Source: a virus
Lineage: Duplodnaviria; Caudoviricetes
IMG/VR virus record: IMGVR_UViG_3300048854_000081
Coordinates: 224,001 to 288,000 of that record
Length of the DNA: 64,000 nt
Reading direction: 5' to 3' (one strand)
Part shown: positions 38,657 to 47,897 of the stretch, one piece after another
Layout: every line of letters starts with the position of its first letter
How positions within the stretch are numbered: the stretch's first letter is position 1
The notes under the pieces: model-generated
The model's input: the letters and a program-made list of their open reading frames with translations, nothing else
Database searches by the model: none
What the model was told of the DNA's origin: nothing
Position numbers and translations under genes: made by a program

Positions 38657-39592
38657 ATGGCCGTAGATATCTGGAACCTAAAGCATTTCCCCACCAAACT
38701 CGATGAATACATTTTCCAAAATGATCATCATCGCGATGTCGTTACAAAGATCATTGAAGATAAATCCTTTGATTCCCTACTCCTAACAGGCGTTCCCGGT
38801 ACTGGCAAGACCAGCTTGGCTTACCTTCTTAAGAATGAATTGGGTCTTGATGACTCAGATTTCCTTCATATTAATGCTTCCAAGGATACAGGCAAGTCGC
38901 TTATTGAAGAGAAGATTTCAGCATTCGCTAGCTCGATGGCAATGTCTGGTGATTTCAAGATCATTCTCCTAGACGAAGCTGACCGTCTCTCAGCACAGGC
39001 TCAGGACTCACTCAAAGCAATCATCGACCAGTATGCTTTGAATGCTCGCTTCATCATCACATCCAACCATCCACGCAAGATCATTGATGCTCTTCATTCG
39101 CGTTGTTTCGAAATCAAATACGAAGCAATCGATAAGGACGAAATGTTGATGCGTTTCGCAACCATCCTTAAGAAGGAAAAGGTTAAGGTTCCTAGCGTTG
39201 AGCTATTGGATGAGTATGTGGAGAATGAGTACCCTGACTTCCGTCACCTCCTAAAAGTCGCTCAGATGAGCATCAAGGATGGCGTACTACAGCCATACCC
39301 GGATACGTCGTCGGACGTTACAGAGGTAATGGTAGGCGTTCTTGACCTATTTGAAGCTGATGACTGGGCAGGTATGCGTACCTTCCTAGCTGCCAATATC
39401 TCGGATGATAAGTGGGAAGACTGTTACAGATTTTTATATGAATACCTCCACGACATCGGTAAGTTCAAGGGTAATACCAAGAACTGGAAGGCCGGTATCG
39501 TCATCCTATCCGATCATCTTTACCGTCACTCTATGGTAGCCGACCCGGAACTAAACTTTGCTTCATGCCTAATCAGATTGTCGGATATTTAA
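38657..39592 (+). CDS. Clamp loader AAA+ subunit (gp44/RFC-like)
   Basis: GVPGTGKT, INAS, LLDEAD, SRC; sigma70-like promoter TTGACC...CATAAT upstream. Confidence 0.92.
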   Translation: MAVDIWNLKHFPTKLDEYIFQNDHHRDVVTKIIEDKSFDSLLLTGVPGTGKTSLAYLLKNELGLDDSDFLHINASKDTGKSLIEEKISAFASSMAMSGDFKIILLDEADRLSAQAQDSLKAIIDQYALNARFIITSNHPRKIIDALHSRCFEIKYEAIDKDEMLMRFATILKKEKVKVPSVELLDEYVENEYPDFRHLLKVAQMSIKDGVLQPYPDTSSDVTEVMVGVLDLFEADDWAGMRTFLAANISDDKWEDCYRFLYEYLHDIGKFKGNTKNWKAGIVILSDHLYRHSMVADPELNFASCLIRLSDI

Positions 39593-39595
39593 GAA

Positions 39596-39904
39596 ATGCA
39601 CATAACAGAAGAAAAAATCAATAAAGATTTACAGAAAATCTCCACCTTCAGAGATAAGAATGAGCGTCTTTCCTTCAAGAGAAAGATGACCAAGATGGAA
39701 GACCTAGTTAAGAAGCTCACCCCAATCGAAGATGAAATTCTTCAACTGTTGGAAAAGAAGCAGCCTATTCTTGACGATATCCGTGAACTACGATATGAAA
39801 TGGTTAAGGAATGTGTTCACCCAAGAGATATGCTGGTACATTATGGTACCCATATTGAATGTAAGTTCTGCGAAGCCAAACTGGCTGTGGTGGATGATCG
39901 CTAA
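39596..39904 (+). CDS. Hypothetical protein with C-terminal Cys/His motif
   Basis: CVHP...CKFC. Confidence 0.6.
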   Translation: MHITEEKINKDLQKISTFRDKNERLSFKRKMTKMEDLVKKLTPIEDEILQLLEKKQPILDDIRELRYEMVKECVHPRDMLVHYGTHIECKFCEAKLAVVDDR

Positions 39905-40365
39905 TGGCTACAGAACGTAAATTTGACATATTCAAAATCATTGAAGACAAAATCAATAAACTTGATATAGCGTTCTTCGACAAGCTTGAACCATACGAAA
40001 TTCGTCAGATTTACCCTTTGATCATTATGAAATGGGTTTCGGGTGGCAAGAATGCCACCCAAATCAAACTAACGAATGATCTGGTGAACACAGTATGCTT
40101 CCAGCTTTACAATCACCCTAAGCTTCTGTACAAGCTATTGATGGCAACCTCAACGGGCAAGTCTCGCCCAGTTTGGGTCAAGCGTCCATCGAAAGCTAAA
40201 GAATCTTCAACTATCAATATCATCAAGGAATTCCATAACTGTTCCACGGAGCAGGCTTCAGACTATTTGAAATTATTCAGTAATGATGATATTCTAGAAA
40301 TGGCTGAACGATTGGGTTCGGACAAAGAGACAGTTACTAAATTGAAGAAAGAATTAAATGGATAA
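39904..40365 (+). CDS. Putative clamp loader small subunit (gp62-like)
   Basis: P..I.KW.S, N...F....HP.L.Y, W.K, E...CS...A..YL. Confidence 0.6.
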   Translation: MATERKFDIFKIIEDKINKLDIAFFDKLEPYEIRQIYPLIIMKWVSGGKNATQIKLTNDLVNTVCFQLYNHPKLLYKLLMATSTGKSRPVWVKRPSKAKESSTINIIKEFHNCSTEQASDYLKLFSNDDILEMAERLGSDKETVTKLKKELNG

Positions 40366-41035
40366 GATTTTAAAGTGTGATTTTTGCGATAAGGTTTTCA
40401 AAAGGGAAAACAATTATTTAAAGCATAAGTGTGAGAAGATGAAGCGATACGATATCTTCAAAACACCAGTAGGTCACCTTGCTTATCTAACCTTCAATCA
40501 ATGGAGAAAGATTTCAGGCCATCCACCAATTACCGTTGAAGTATTCACGAAATCACGATACTTCAATGCCTTTGTGAAGTTTGCAGAATTTGCTAGAAGT
40601 CGAGCTATCCCTGATAAGATTGGCTACATTGCACTGATGGTGGAGAAGCAGTTACTACCATTCAACTGGTGTGACTATGAGGTTTACGACTATTTTATTA
40701 AGACATTCGATACCGAATACAGCATTGATCAGAAAGTAGACCTCTCTGTTGAGACTATCGTAGATATAGCAAGAAAGTACGAGTGTGAGACGGCTCAGAT
40801 ATTTGAGAATATCCAACCACTTCAAGTGCTGAAATACATTACATCACGAAAGCTTTCTCCGTGGTTATTGCTTGCAAGCAATAAATTCATCGAATTCATG
40901 ATGTATAAGACTGACAAGGAACAGCGAATGCTATTCAATCAGTTTGTCAATGTCAGCGAATGGAAGAAGTATTTTATGGAGAATCCGGATAAAGTCACAG
41001 AAATTAAGAACATCAATCAACAATTAGGAATCTGA
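40358..41035 (+). CDS. Zinc-finger protein
   Basis: CDFC.K.F.....Y..HKC; LSPW motif. Confidence 0.65.
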   Translation: MDKILKCDFCDKVFKRENNYLKHKCEKMKRYDIFKTPVGHLAYLTFNQWRKISGHPPITVEVFTKSRYFNAFVKFAEFARSRAIPDKIGYIALMVEKQLLPFNWCDYEVYDYFIKTFDTEYSIDQKVDLSVETIVDIARKYECETAQIFENIQPLQVLKYITSRKLSPWLLLASNKFIEFMMYKTDKEQRMLFNQFVNVSEWKKYFMENPDKVTEIKNINQQLGI

Positions 41036-41036
41036 T

Positions 41037-41044
41037 TATAAATA
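41037..41044 (+). promoter_or_regulatory. Perfect T4 late promoter TATAAATA for the fibre cluster
   Basis: TATAAATA 27 nt before the ATG at 41072. Confidence 0.75.
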
Positions 41045-41071
41045 CTGAATAATTAGGTTCTTGAGGATTGG

Positions 41072-42919
41072 ATGGCAAATAATTGTGCTGACGGCGTATA
41101 TAATATACATTATACGGATATATCTAAAAATCCCATCGTAGTAAACAAAAAGACATTGATCCAAGACGCCTTGGACATTACGTTGTTGGGTAAATCACGT
41201 AAGGAATATGGAGAATCGTTTGATGAGAATATTCTCCATATTCTTGAAAACTTCGCGTCTCCTGAAGATGCCAACAATCCGGGTACTCCGGATTTTTCGG
41301 CTGTCTATGCAAACCTACTAGAACACCCTACACAGGGTCAGTTATGGTATAATACTACTAAGCTAAGATTGTACGTTTATGATGGTCAACGTTGGATTGC
41401 GCATAGCACGTCCTCTGACATCGGCGGTAACAGCGGCATCATTGCCCACGGTCAACAGCTTCCACGACCAATCTCCCAAATTACAGGCTATCAGTTCACC
41501 TACGAAGAATGTAGCTGGATTGTAAGTCCATTCAACTTCCCCGATGAAGTTGACTATATGGTTTGCTATACTGATAGTAATGCTCTCGTAACCTCACAAT
41601 ACCGTATGGGCGATTTCCAGACGGAAACCAACGGTTATGCGTTCTATCAGATTCTTGGTATTAAGAACAATAATAGTGAAGGTACCGATGTTCCAGTGGT
41701 TCCACCATTGCCATCGCCTACACCACTACCAAACGTCTCTCCAACGCCTCAGCCGTCTCCGGGTAGTTCACCTAACCCAACCCCTACGGTAACGCCAACA
41801 ACGTCTCTATCGCCTTCTGTGACACGTACAGGAACCCCGGTTCCTTCCGTATCCGTAACGCCTACTCGTACTCCACCAGCGTCCCCAACTCCGACGCCAT
41901 CGACTACGCCAAGCGTACAAGCCCTTAGAGCTACATTGTACATTACCCCATCGAAGGGTTACCCAAGTGGTACGAACACACAGTTCCCATCGCCATGTAC
42001 CACGACGAACGCCAATGATTCGGCTTGCCTGTACAGCTTAGGATTAGTTGTACAGGAATTGTCTGGCGGTGTGGCTCCATATACTATCGATTTTAGTAAC
42101 GTTGGATTTAGCTCGTCTATCATTAATACATCAGGTGGATCGAACCCAGCTTCGGCAGTGGTCTATTCATTCGCTGGTGCCGCAGGTAGTGGAACCGCTC
42201 CGGTAAGAACAGGTGCAACCTCGACCAGCGTTCTAACCATGTCTGCCAAGATTACAGAAATTGGTGTTCTAGGATGCGATAACGGTCGCTGGACAATGGG
42301 TATCAATGCGAACAGCTTCGTCACGATCACAGATTCGCGTGGCGTTTCCCTAGTTCTATACACCCCATCTGGTTTGAGCGGTAACGTTTACGGTACTTCG
42401 TACACCACACCACAGGCAGCTTACTCCGACTCGTGGCTATCCGTACCAAACTGCCCAGCAGCGGCAGCAGCACCAACGAGTGGCGACGGTTGTGTAGCCG
42501 TTGAATCCATATTCCCAAGTGGTGAATTGGCCGGAAGCATGAATGTTGGTGATGTCATGGTAACCAATGATCCTTATGATTTCTTTGAATCGAATAATGA
42601 TCTTGTATCCTACGCCAAGACGAAGATACAGCAGTGCGTAAGAATCAAGACAGAATCGGGTGCATCACTAGTCTGTTCGGTAACCGCACCAATTCCTACA
42701 TTAGATAATGGCTATATGTTATCGCCAACTATATTAAATAGATCGGTTCCTGTAATGAGAAATAACATTACAAACTGGGAACTAGTAAATAACATTGAAT
42801 TCGTTGGTGAGAGAGAAGTCCGTCACATTACAGTAAGTGATAAGTGTTTTTGGGCTGGCGAAACTGAAGATGCTTTCATTCTCCACCACAACAAACTAGC
42901 AGATGATCAAGGGGCTTAA
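41072..42919 (+). CDS. Fibre/baseplate-like protein 1: shared N-domain, P/T/S linker, beta domain, C-terminal Hint domain (42491-42892)
   Basis: DITL.G...YGE...EN.LH.LENFA; Hint C1 (G|CVAVES) to ILHHN. Confidence 0.75.
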   Translation: MANNCADGVYNIHYTDISKNPIVVNKKTLIQDALDITLLGKSRKEYGESFDENILHILENFASPEDANNPGTPDFSAVYANLLEHPTQGQLWYNTTKLRLYVYDGQRWIAHSTSSDIGGNSGIIAHGQQLPRPISQITGYQFTYEECSWIVSPFNFPDEVDYMVCYTDSNALVTSQYRMGDFQTETNGYAFYQILGIKNNNSEGTDVPVVPPLPSPTPLPNVSPTPQPSPGSSPNPTPTVTPTTSLSPSVTRTGTPVPSVSVTPTRTPPASPTPTPSTTPSVQALRATLYITPSKGYPSGTNTQFPSPCTTTNANDSACLYSLGLVVQELSGGVAPYTIDFSNVGFSSSIINTSGGSNPASAVVYSFAGAAGSGTAPVRTGATSTSVLTMSAKITEIGVLGCDNGRWTMGINANSFVTITDSRGVSLVLYTPSGLSGNVYGTSYTTPQAAYSDSWLSVPNCPAAAAAPTSGDGCVAVESIFPSGELAGSMNVGDVMVTNDPYDFFESNNDLVSYAKTKIQQCVRIKTESGASLVCSVTAPIPTLDNGYMLSPTILNRSVPVMRNNITNWELVNNIEFVGEREVRHITVSDKCFWAGETEDAFILHHNKLADDQGA

Positions 42920-42924
42920 GGTAA

Positions 42925-44286
42925 ATGGATTATAATGTAAGATACACTGATACGTCGAAGAATCCTATTGTAATAGGAGAGGGTACCAAAGATGATTCTA
43001 CCCTTGACGTTACCTTATTCGGTCGTATCGATTTAGAATATGGTGAAGAATTAAACGAAGACATGCTTCATGTCTTGGAAAGATTCGCTTGTCCACAAGA
43101 TTCAGCCTCAACCCCAACCAATACTTTCCCTGATTATGTCATCAATGGTAACACATTACTACATCCGACTCCGGGTCAGTTGTGGTTCAATAGTACGGTT
43201 AAGAAAGTATTCGTATGGAATGGTGTTACTTGGGAAACTCTAAGAACTCAGGGCAGCGTTGCCGCTAACTGGGGTCAGATTCTTGACGGTGAATTGATGC
43301 CAAGACCGGTTAATCCGGCCAATGGCTATGTTTATGGTTACAATGAATGTATTTGGGCAGTCTCCCCAGCAACGTACCCATCAGCATTCACTTATATGGC
43401 TTGTACTACTGATAATAACGGTAGAGTAAGCATGCGCTATAGATCGTATGGTGATAATGTCATGACCTCTGGTCTGGCTAACTATTTAATTATCGCTATT
43501 GCCGGTAACGTGAACACAGGTTTGATTAACGTAACACCAGCTACACCTTACGTTTCACAGACTCCTACACCAACACCAACGGCATCTGTGACCCCAACCC
43601 CATCGATTACGCCTACACATACAGCAACACCAACCGCCACGATTACACCTACGAGAACTCCGGTTCCGTCACCAACACCAGCACCATCTAACACGCCAGT
43701 TCCATCCAATACGCCTGCGGCATCTAATACACCACAGCCAACACCGCCACAATCACCAACGCCTACACCATCACCATTCGTGAACTCATGTCAGCGTTGT
43801 CTTGCTATTCAAACTCGTTGTTGTGTATCGATTGACTCGCATTTACCTGATGGTAAGTTGGCTGGTGAAATCAAGGTCGGTGACGTTATGCATTTGGCCG
43901 ACGAAGAAACATTGGCACCATTTACTGGTGTCGTAAGCTACTCCGAACCTAGCCTACAGGATTCTGTAAGAATCACAACAGCTTCGGCTGCTGTTCTAGA
44001 TTGTTCCAAGACTGCTCCAATTCCAACCAAGCGTGGCATCACTCTATCACCAGATGTTCTAGGTGAATATGTTGCCGTTCAAAAGGATGGAAAGTCATTT
44101 TGGGATGAGGTTGTTTCGTTGGATGAACTTGGTGACATTTGGGTTCAGCATATTACCGTAGGCGATAAGAGTTTTTGGGCCGGTAAGAATGATAGTGCTT
44201 TCATTCTTCACCACAATATTAAATGTTGCTATTGCGGAGATAATCCGAATAGCGTCTGGACTCCACCTAACTGCTGCATAGATTAA
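42925..44286 (+). CDS. Fibre-like paralog 2 with Hint domain (43822-44217) flanked by Cys-rich segments
   Basis: Same N-domain; TPT linker; C|CVSIDS...ILHHN|IKCCYC...CCID. Confidence 0.75.
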   Translation: MDYNVRYTDTSKNPIVIGEGTKDDSTLDVTLFGRIDLEYGEELNEDMLHVLERFACPQDSASTPTNTFPDYVINGNTLLHPTPGQLWFNSTVKKVFVWNGVTWETLRTQGSVAANWGQILDGELMPRPVNPANGYVYGYNECIWAVSPATYPSAFTYMACTTDNNGRVSMRYRSYGDNVMTSGLANYLIIAIAGNVNTGLINVTPATPYVSQTPTPTPTASVTPTPSITPTHTATPTATITPTRTPVPSPTPAPSNTPVPSNTPAASNTPQPTPPQSPTPTPSPFVNSCQRCLAIQTRCCVSIDSHLPDGKLAGEIKVGDVMHLADEETLAPFTGVVSYSEPSLQDSVRITTASAAVLDCSKTAPIPTKRGITLSPDVLGEYVAVQKDGKSFWDEVVSLDELGDIWVQHITVGDKSFWAGKNDSAFILHHNIKCCYCGDNPNSVWTPPNCCID

Positions 44287-44291
44287 TAATT

Positions 44292-44498
44292 ATGGCTAAG
44301 AAAAAGAAAACTAACAAAACTGTTGATTATAAAGATATTATAACGACAAAAAACGAAGTAATCATCAATTTCTTCAAGGAACATTACCCATGTGAAACCT
44401 GCACGGACCAGTGTGCAGGACATGGCGGCGGTTGCGCTGCGATGGGTGGTGGTTGTTTGTGTAATGATGGTGTCTTCCTAGAGTGCCTAATAGGATAA
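44292..44498 (+). CDS. Small protein: basic N-terminus and 7-Cys Gly-rich C-terminus
   Basis: CETCTDQCAGHGGGCAAMGGGCLCNDGVFLEC. Confidence 0.6.
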   Translation: MAKKKKTNKTVDYKDIITTKNEVIINFFKEHYPCETCTDQCAGHGGGCAAMGGGCLCNDGVFLECLIG

Positions 44499-44502
44499 TC
44501 AT

Positions 44503-44676
44503 ATGTTTTTAATAGTAAAGCAAGACACGAGCGTTATCATAGGTAGTGCTATCAAACCAATAAATATTGAAGAAGCCTCTTCTAAAGGATACATTATCTG
44601 CGAAATTCCAGATAATGAATTCGACCCTTCTATGCTAGGCAAGAAGATAGAAGAATTTGATAACTGGGAAAATTAA
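44503..44676 (+). CDS. Hypothetical 57-aa protein (absent from the ORF track)
   Basis: AGGA RBS; MFLIVKQDTSVIIGS...WEN*; TAATG coupling to the next gene. Confidence 0.6.
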   Translation: MFLIVKQDTSVIIGSAIKPINIEEASSKGYIICEIPDNEFDPSMLGKKIEEFDNWEN

Positions 44677-45863
44677 TGGCCTACACGATTGACTTTACGG
44701 ATAAGACCAAACAACCAATTGTTTTGGATGAAATGCAGACGGATAACACTACCGACATTACCTTGTTCGGTAGAAAGCGTTTGGCTTATGGTCAGGAATT
44801 GCAAGAGAACCTTTTGCATATTCTTGAGAACTTTGCTTGTCCTGAAGATAGCACCAATCCGGGTAATCCAGATTTAAACAAATCTTATGACGGTATCTTC
44901 CAGCATGTTGTGGAAGGTCAGTTTTGGTACAATTCTACCAAGAACGTTCTTAACTATTGGGATGGTACGCATTGGATTCCGTTAGCACGTCAGGATAGCG
45001 TTGCCGCTAACTGGGGTATTATCTCGGATGGTCAGTTCCTACCAAATCCAGTAAGTGAAATTACAGGTAAGGTATTCAATTATTCTGAATGCGTTTGGAT
45101 TGTAAGTCCATTTACCTTCCCACAAAAGATTGACTTCTTCCAGTGCTCGACAGATGCTAATGCACAGGTTACATCCAAGTATCGTATTGTTGGTAACAAT
45201 GATATTCTTCCGGGTATGGCTAACTATTTGATCGTTGGTATTGCTGGTAATGTTAATCAGCTACAGCCTACGATTCAGCCAAGTCATACACCAACACCTA
45301 CACCAACCTCTTCAACGGGTCAGTCGCCTACACCTACACCAACGCTTACCGCTTCGCATACTCCAACGGCATCGACCACACCAAGCCCAACGCCAGCCGT
45401 TTCAACGTCACCAAGCCCAACGCCATCCAGAACTCCGTTCCCATCAGGAACGCCTCAGGTAACGCCACAGCCTTCACCAACGCCATCGGTATCCTTGGCA
45501 CCATTGGTATTGACGATTCCAGCCAACAGCTTCGTAGCGGCATGTACGGGTCTTTCCACACAGAGTTGTGCACCAACCAAGTTGAGCACGTTGACAGCCA
45601 CAGGTGGTACGGCTCCATATACGTACACTTACCAGTTGGTCAGCGGCGACAACTTGAACGCCTTCGGTGCGTTTGGTACTCCAACCTCTGCACCTCTAAC
45701 GGTGAACTGGACAGGTCCAAATGCTAACATTGGTACGACCGATGACGGTACAGGCACACCACGTTATACTTCAGTATTCCAGTTCAAGGTCACGGATGCT
45801 ACAGGACAGGTTGCATTTACCAATTCTGTTACTGTACAATACAGATATATCCATACTGACTAA
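44676..45863 (+). CDS. Fibre-like paralog 3 with Ig-like C-terminal domain (no Hint)
   Basis: Same N-domain; TPS linker; TATGGTAPYTY...VTDATG. Confidence 0.75.
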   Translation: MAYTIDFTDKTKQPIVLDEMQTDNTTDITLFGRKRLAYGQELQENLLHILENFACPEDSTNPGNPDLNKSYDGIFQHVVEGQFWYNSTKNVLNYWDGTHWIPLARQDSVAANWGIISDGQFLPNPVSEITGKVFNYSECVWIVSPFTFPQKIDFFQCSTDANAQVTSKYRIVGNNDILPGMANYLIVGIAGNVNQLQPTIQPSHTPTPTPTSSTGQSPTPTPTLTASHTPTASTTPSPTPAVSTSPSPTPSRTPFPSGTPQVTPQPSPTPSVSLAPLVLTIPANSFVAACTGLSTQSCAPTKLSTLTATGGTAPYTYTYQLVSGDNLNAFGAFGTPTSAPLTVNWTGPNANIGTTDDGTGTPRYTSVFQFKVTDATGQVAFTNSVTVQYRYIHTD

Positions 45864-46516
45864 TGATTAAGAAGATTAAAAATCTTAAGCTATCTGTAAC
45901 TGATGAGAAACTTAAGAATGATTGGAACGAGGTAAAATCTTATCGCAATCGCTTGTTGCAAAACAGCGATTGGATAAACATGGCTGATAACAATCTGGAA
46001 GAATCGATTGTGGAGGCATGGAAAGATTGGCGAGCCCGCGTTCGCCGTGTAGAAGAGTTCAAGGACTTACAGAAAGCTTATGCATATCTTGGTGACCTAC
46101 AGAACAATGTACCACCAGTAAAATATAAGAATTCTGATTATGCCTCAGTCGAGGCGTACAAGGTTGACTTGCACAAGCTTTTAAAGACTGCCATCAAGAA
46201 AGCAACCGATTCCACTTACGAAACCATGGATACCCGTGAATTGTTAATGGAACGATTTGAGGAAGCTCTTCGTTACATTGATGGGAAGACCGATCATAAT
46301 TTCCTAATAGAATTGGAAGTTGAGCGCACTGGTCTTCCCGTCGATGACGTGGTAGAACGCTTCCTTGAAGATAGAAAGAATTACCTAATTAAACTCATAA
46401 CCATTGAAAAGGTCAAGAATAAGTTTTTGAAACGTATTGAAACAGTTGAAAATAAAGATGACTGTGATAGTATACGTGATGATTTACTTATTCTAGGCTC
46501 TAAGAAATGGATATAG
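45863..46516 (+). CDS. Tail fibre assembly chaperone-like protein
   Basis: W..V...RN.LL..SDW...W..WR..VR motif of Tfa-type chaperones. Confidence 0.6.
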   Translation: MIKKIKNLKLSVTDEKLKNDWNEVKSYRNRLLQNSDWINMADNNLEESIVEAWKDWRARVRRVEEFKDLQKAYAYLGDLQNNVPPVKYKNSDYASVEAYKVDLHKLLKTAIKKATDSTYETMDTRELLMERFEEALRYIDGKTDHNFLIELEVERTGLPVDDVVERFLEDRKNYLIKLITIEKVKNKFLKRIETVENKDDCDSIRDDLLILGSKKWI

Positions 46517-47076
46517 ACATTGACCTCCGTCCCGACTTCATCCCCACTAAACTATTCAATACTGTAACCCAAGCATCTATGATCCAGAATAATATTCTGG
46601 TCAAGCATCCTGTGGGGGCATATTTTCAGAATATCCCAGTCGATCCAATCACTAAGCTTGCTGCGATTCCTTACAAGGAAGCAGAGGGCGAAGATTACTT
46701 TAAGATAGACTTCCTTAACAATACTGCACTCAACCCATTCACCTCAAAAGAGGAAATGAACCGTCTTCTGGATATTGATCCGGATTGGACGCTTCTGCTT
46801 GACCGTGATCATGTGGACAAGCTGTGGCATTTAGCGGGTCATTTTGATATTGTATATGACATCAAACCCAAGTCTGTATTGGAGATTGCTGACGCTATTG
46901 CATTCATTCGTCCGGGTAAAAGTAAGTTGATGGATAAATATCTAAAGAATAAGAAGCTGACTCGACCGGAATTGTATAAGACTTATGATAAGTCTCACAT
47001 GAAAAAGTCACACGCCGTGGCCTATGCGCTACTGGTCGTATTGCAGCTTCATTTGATAGATATGGGTAAATTATAA
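46507..47076 (+). CDS. DNA polymerase III alpha (DnaE)-like fragment B
   Basis: Starts MDIDID; KHPVG; FKIDFL; IAFIRPG; KKSHAVAYA. Confidence 0.85.
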   Translation: MDIDIDLRPDFIPTKLFNTVTQASMIQNNILVKHPVGAYFQNIPVDPITKLAAIPYKEAEGEDYFKIDFLNNTALNPFTSKEEMNRLLDIDPDWTLLLDRDHVDKLWHLAGHFDIVYDIKPKSVLEIADAIAFIRPGKSKLMDKYLKNKKLTRPELYKTYDKSHMKKSHAVAYALLVVLQLHLIDMGKL

Positions 47077-47435
47077 TGAATTTGATGAAAGACTTGATGG
47101 AAGCCAATTTACCTAACCTTACTGATAATCAGAAGGGTATGTTGATTTCTATTAAAACTTCGGCTACACCACAGCAAGCGATGGCTACGGCCAATGGTTC
47201 TCAAGTCTCTGTGGCTGCAAAGAACGATCTTACAAAGATGGGATTGGTTGCCCAGCAGGGCAATTATCTACAATTGACTCAGCAAGGTCAGAATGCCCTT
47301 CTATCGAATAATCTAATTGATGAAACTGGTGCAATAACTGAGGAAGGGCAAACTCAGTTAGATAACTTCGGTCGTAACAAGCAAGAGTACGTGAATCTTG
47401 AATCGTTCGACTTGATTAAATCGTTCTATCCGTAA
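47076..47435 (+). CDS. Hypothetical protein (winged-helix-like)
   Basis: LT..GLV.....LQLT..G pattern. Confidence 0.55.
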   Translation: MNLMKDLMEANLPNLTDNQKGMLISIKTSATPQQAMATANGSQVSVAAKNDLTKMGLVAQQGNYLQLTQQGQNALLSNNLIDETGAITEEGQTQLDNFGRNKQEYVNLESFDLIKSFYP

Positions 47436-47850
47436 ATTCAATTCCCTTAGGGATCGATTTCTTCTTCCTACGCTTGACCTTAACTGGTCCCTGCATGTCA
47501 TACTTGTAGATAGGACCGATGACTCTTACGATGAAGTCAATCGAGAAGCATCGAATAATCTTTGACATATCCCTAGCAACATCATTCTTAAAGAATTCAA
47601 TTGAGATTGGATAAAGGTGTCTATTGTGTTCATACCAATGGTTCGCTATTTTAATGATCTTTTCTTCATCAATTTTCGCGTGCTGGCAAAAGTCTAGAAC
47701 GTAAGCGATTACTTGGTCATCATTAATATTGTCAACTATCGTGAGATAATTCTGGTCATTGTATTTGATTAGAGTGATGAACTCGTACCCATGATAATCC
47801 TTGGGATGTTCTTCTACAATAAGTGGTTGATAGTTTAAGTGTTTTTTCAT
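47416..47850 (-). CDS. Hypothetical protein
   Basis: W.....YPISI.F motif and basic tail; late motif at 47869-47875 (minus). Confidence 0.65.
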   Translation of the reverse strand: MKKHLNYQPLIVEEHPKDYHGYEFITLIKYNDQNYLTIVDNINDDQVIAYVLDFCQHAKIDEEKIIKIANHWYEHNRHLYPISIEFFKNDVARDMSKIIRCFSIDFIVRVIGPIYKYDMQGPVKVKRRKKKSIPKGIEFTDRTI

Positions 47851-47897
47851 AGTTGTGATGTTTAATATTATTTATTCTTCAATTTTTCTTCATGTAA

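Noticed and set aside
42491-44217. Hint domains as canonical mobile inteins
   Set aside because: No endonuclease, no C/S/T at +1, block B His absent, and position near the C-terminus.
36418-47076. DnaE pieces as a pseudogene or intron-split gene
   Set aside because: Both are intact ORFs with catalytic motifs, the intervening 9.5 kb holds normal genes, and no intron structure was seen.
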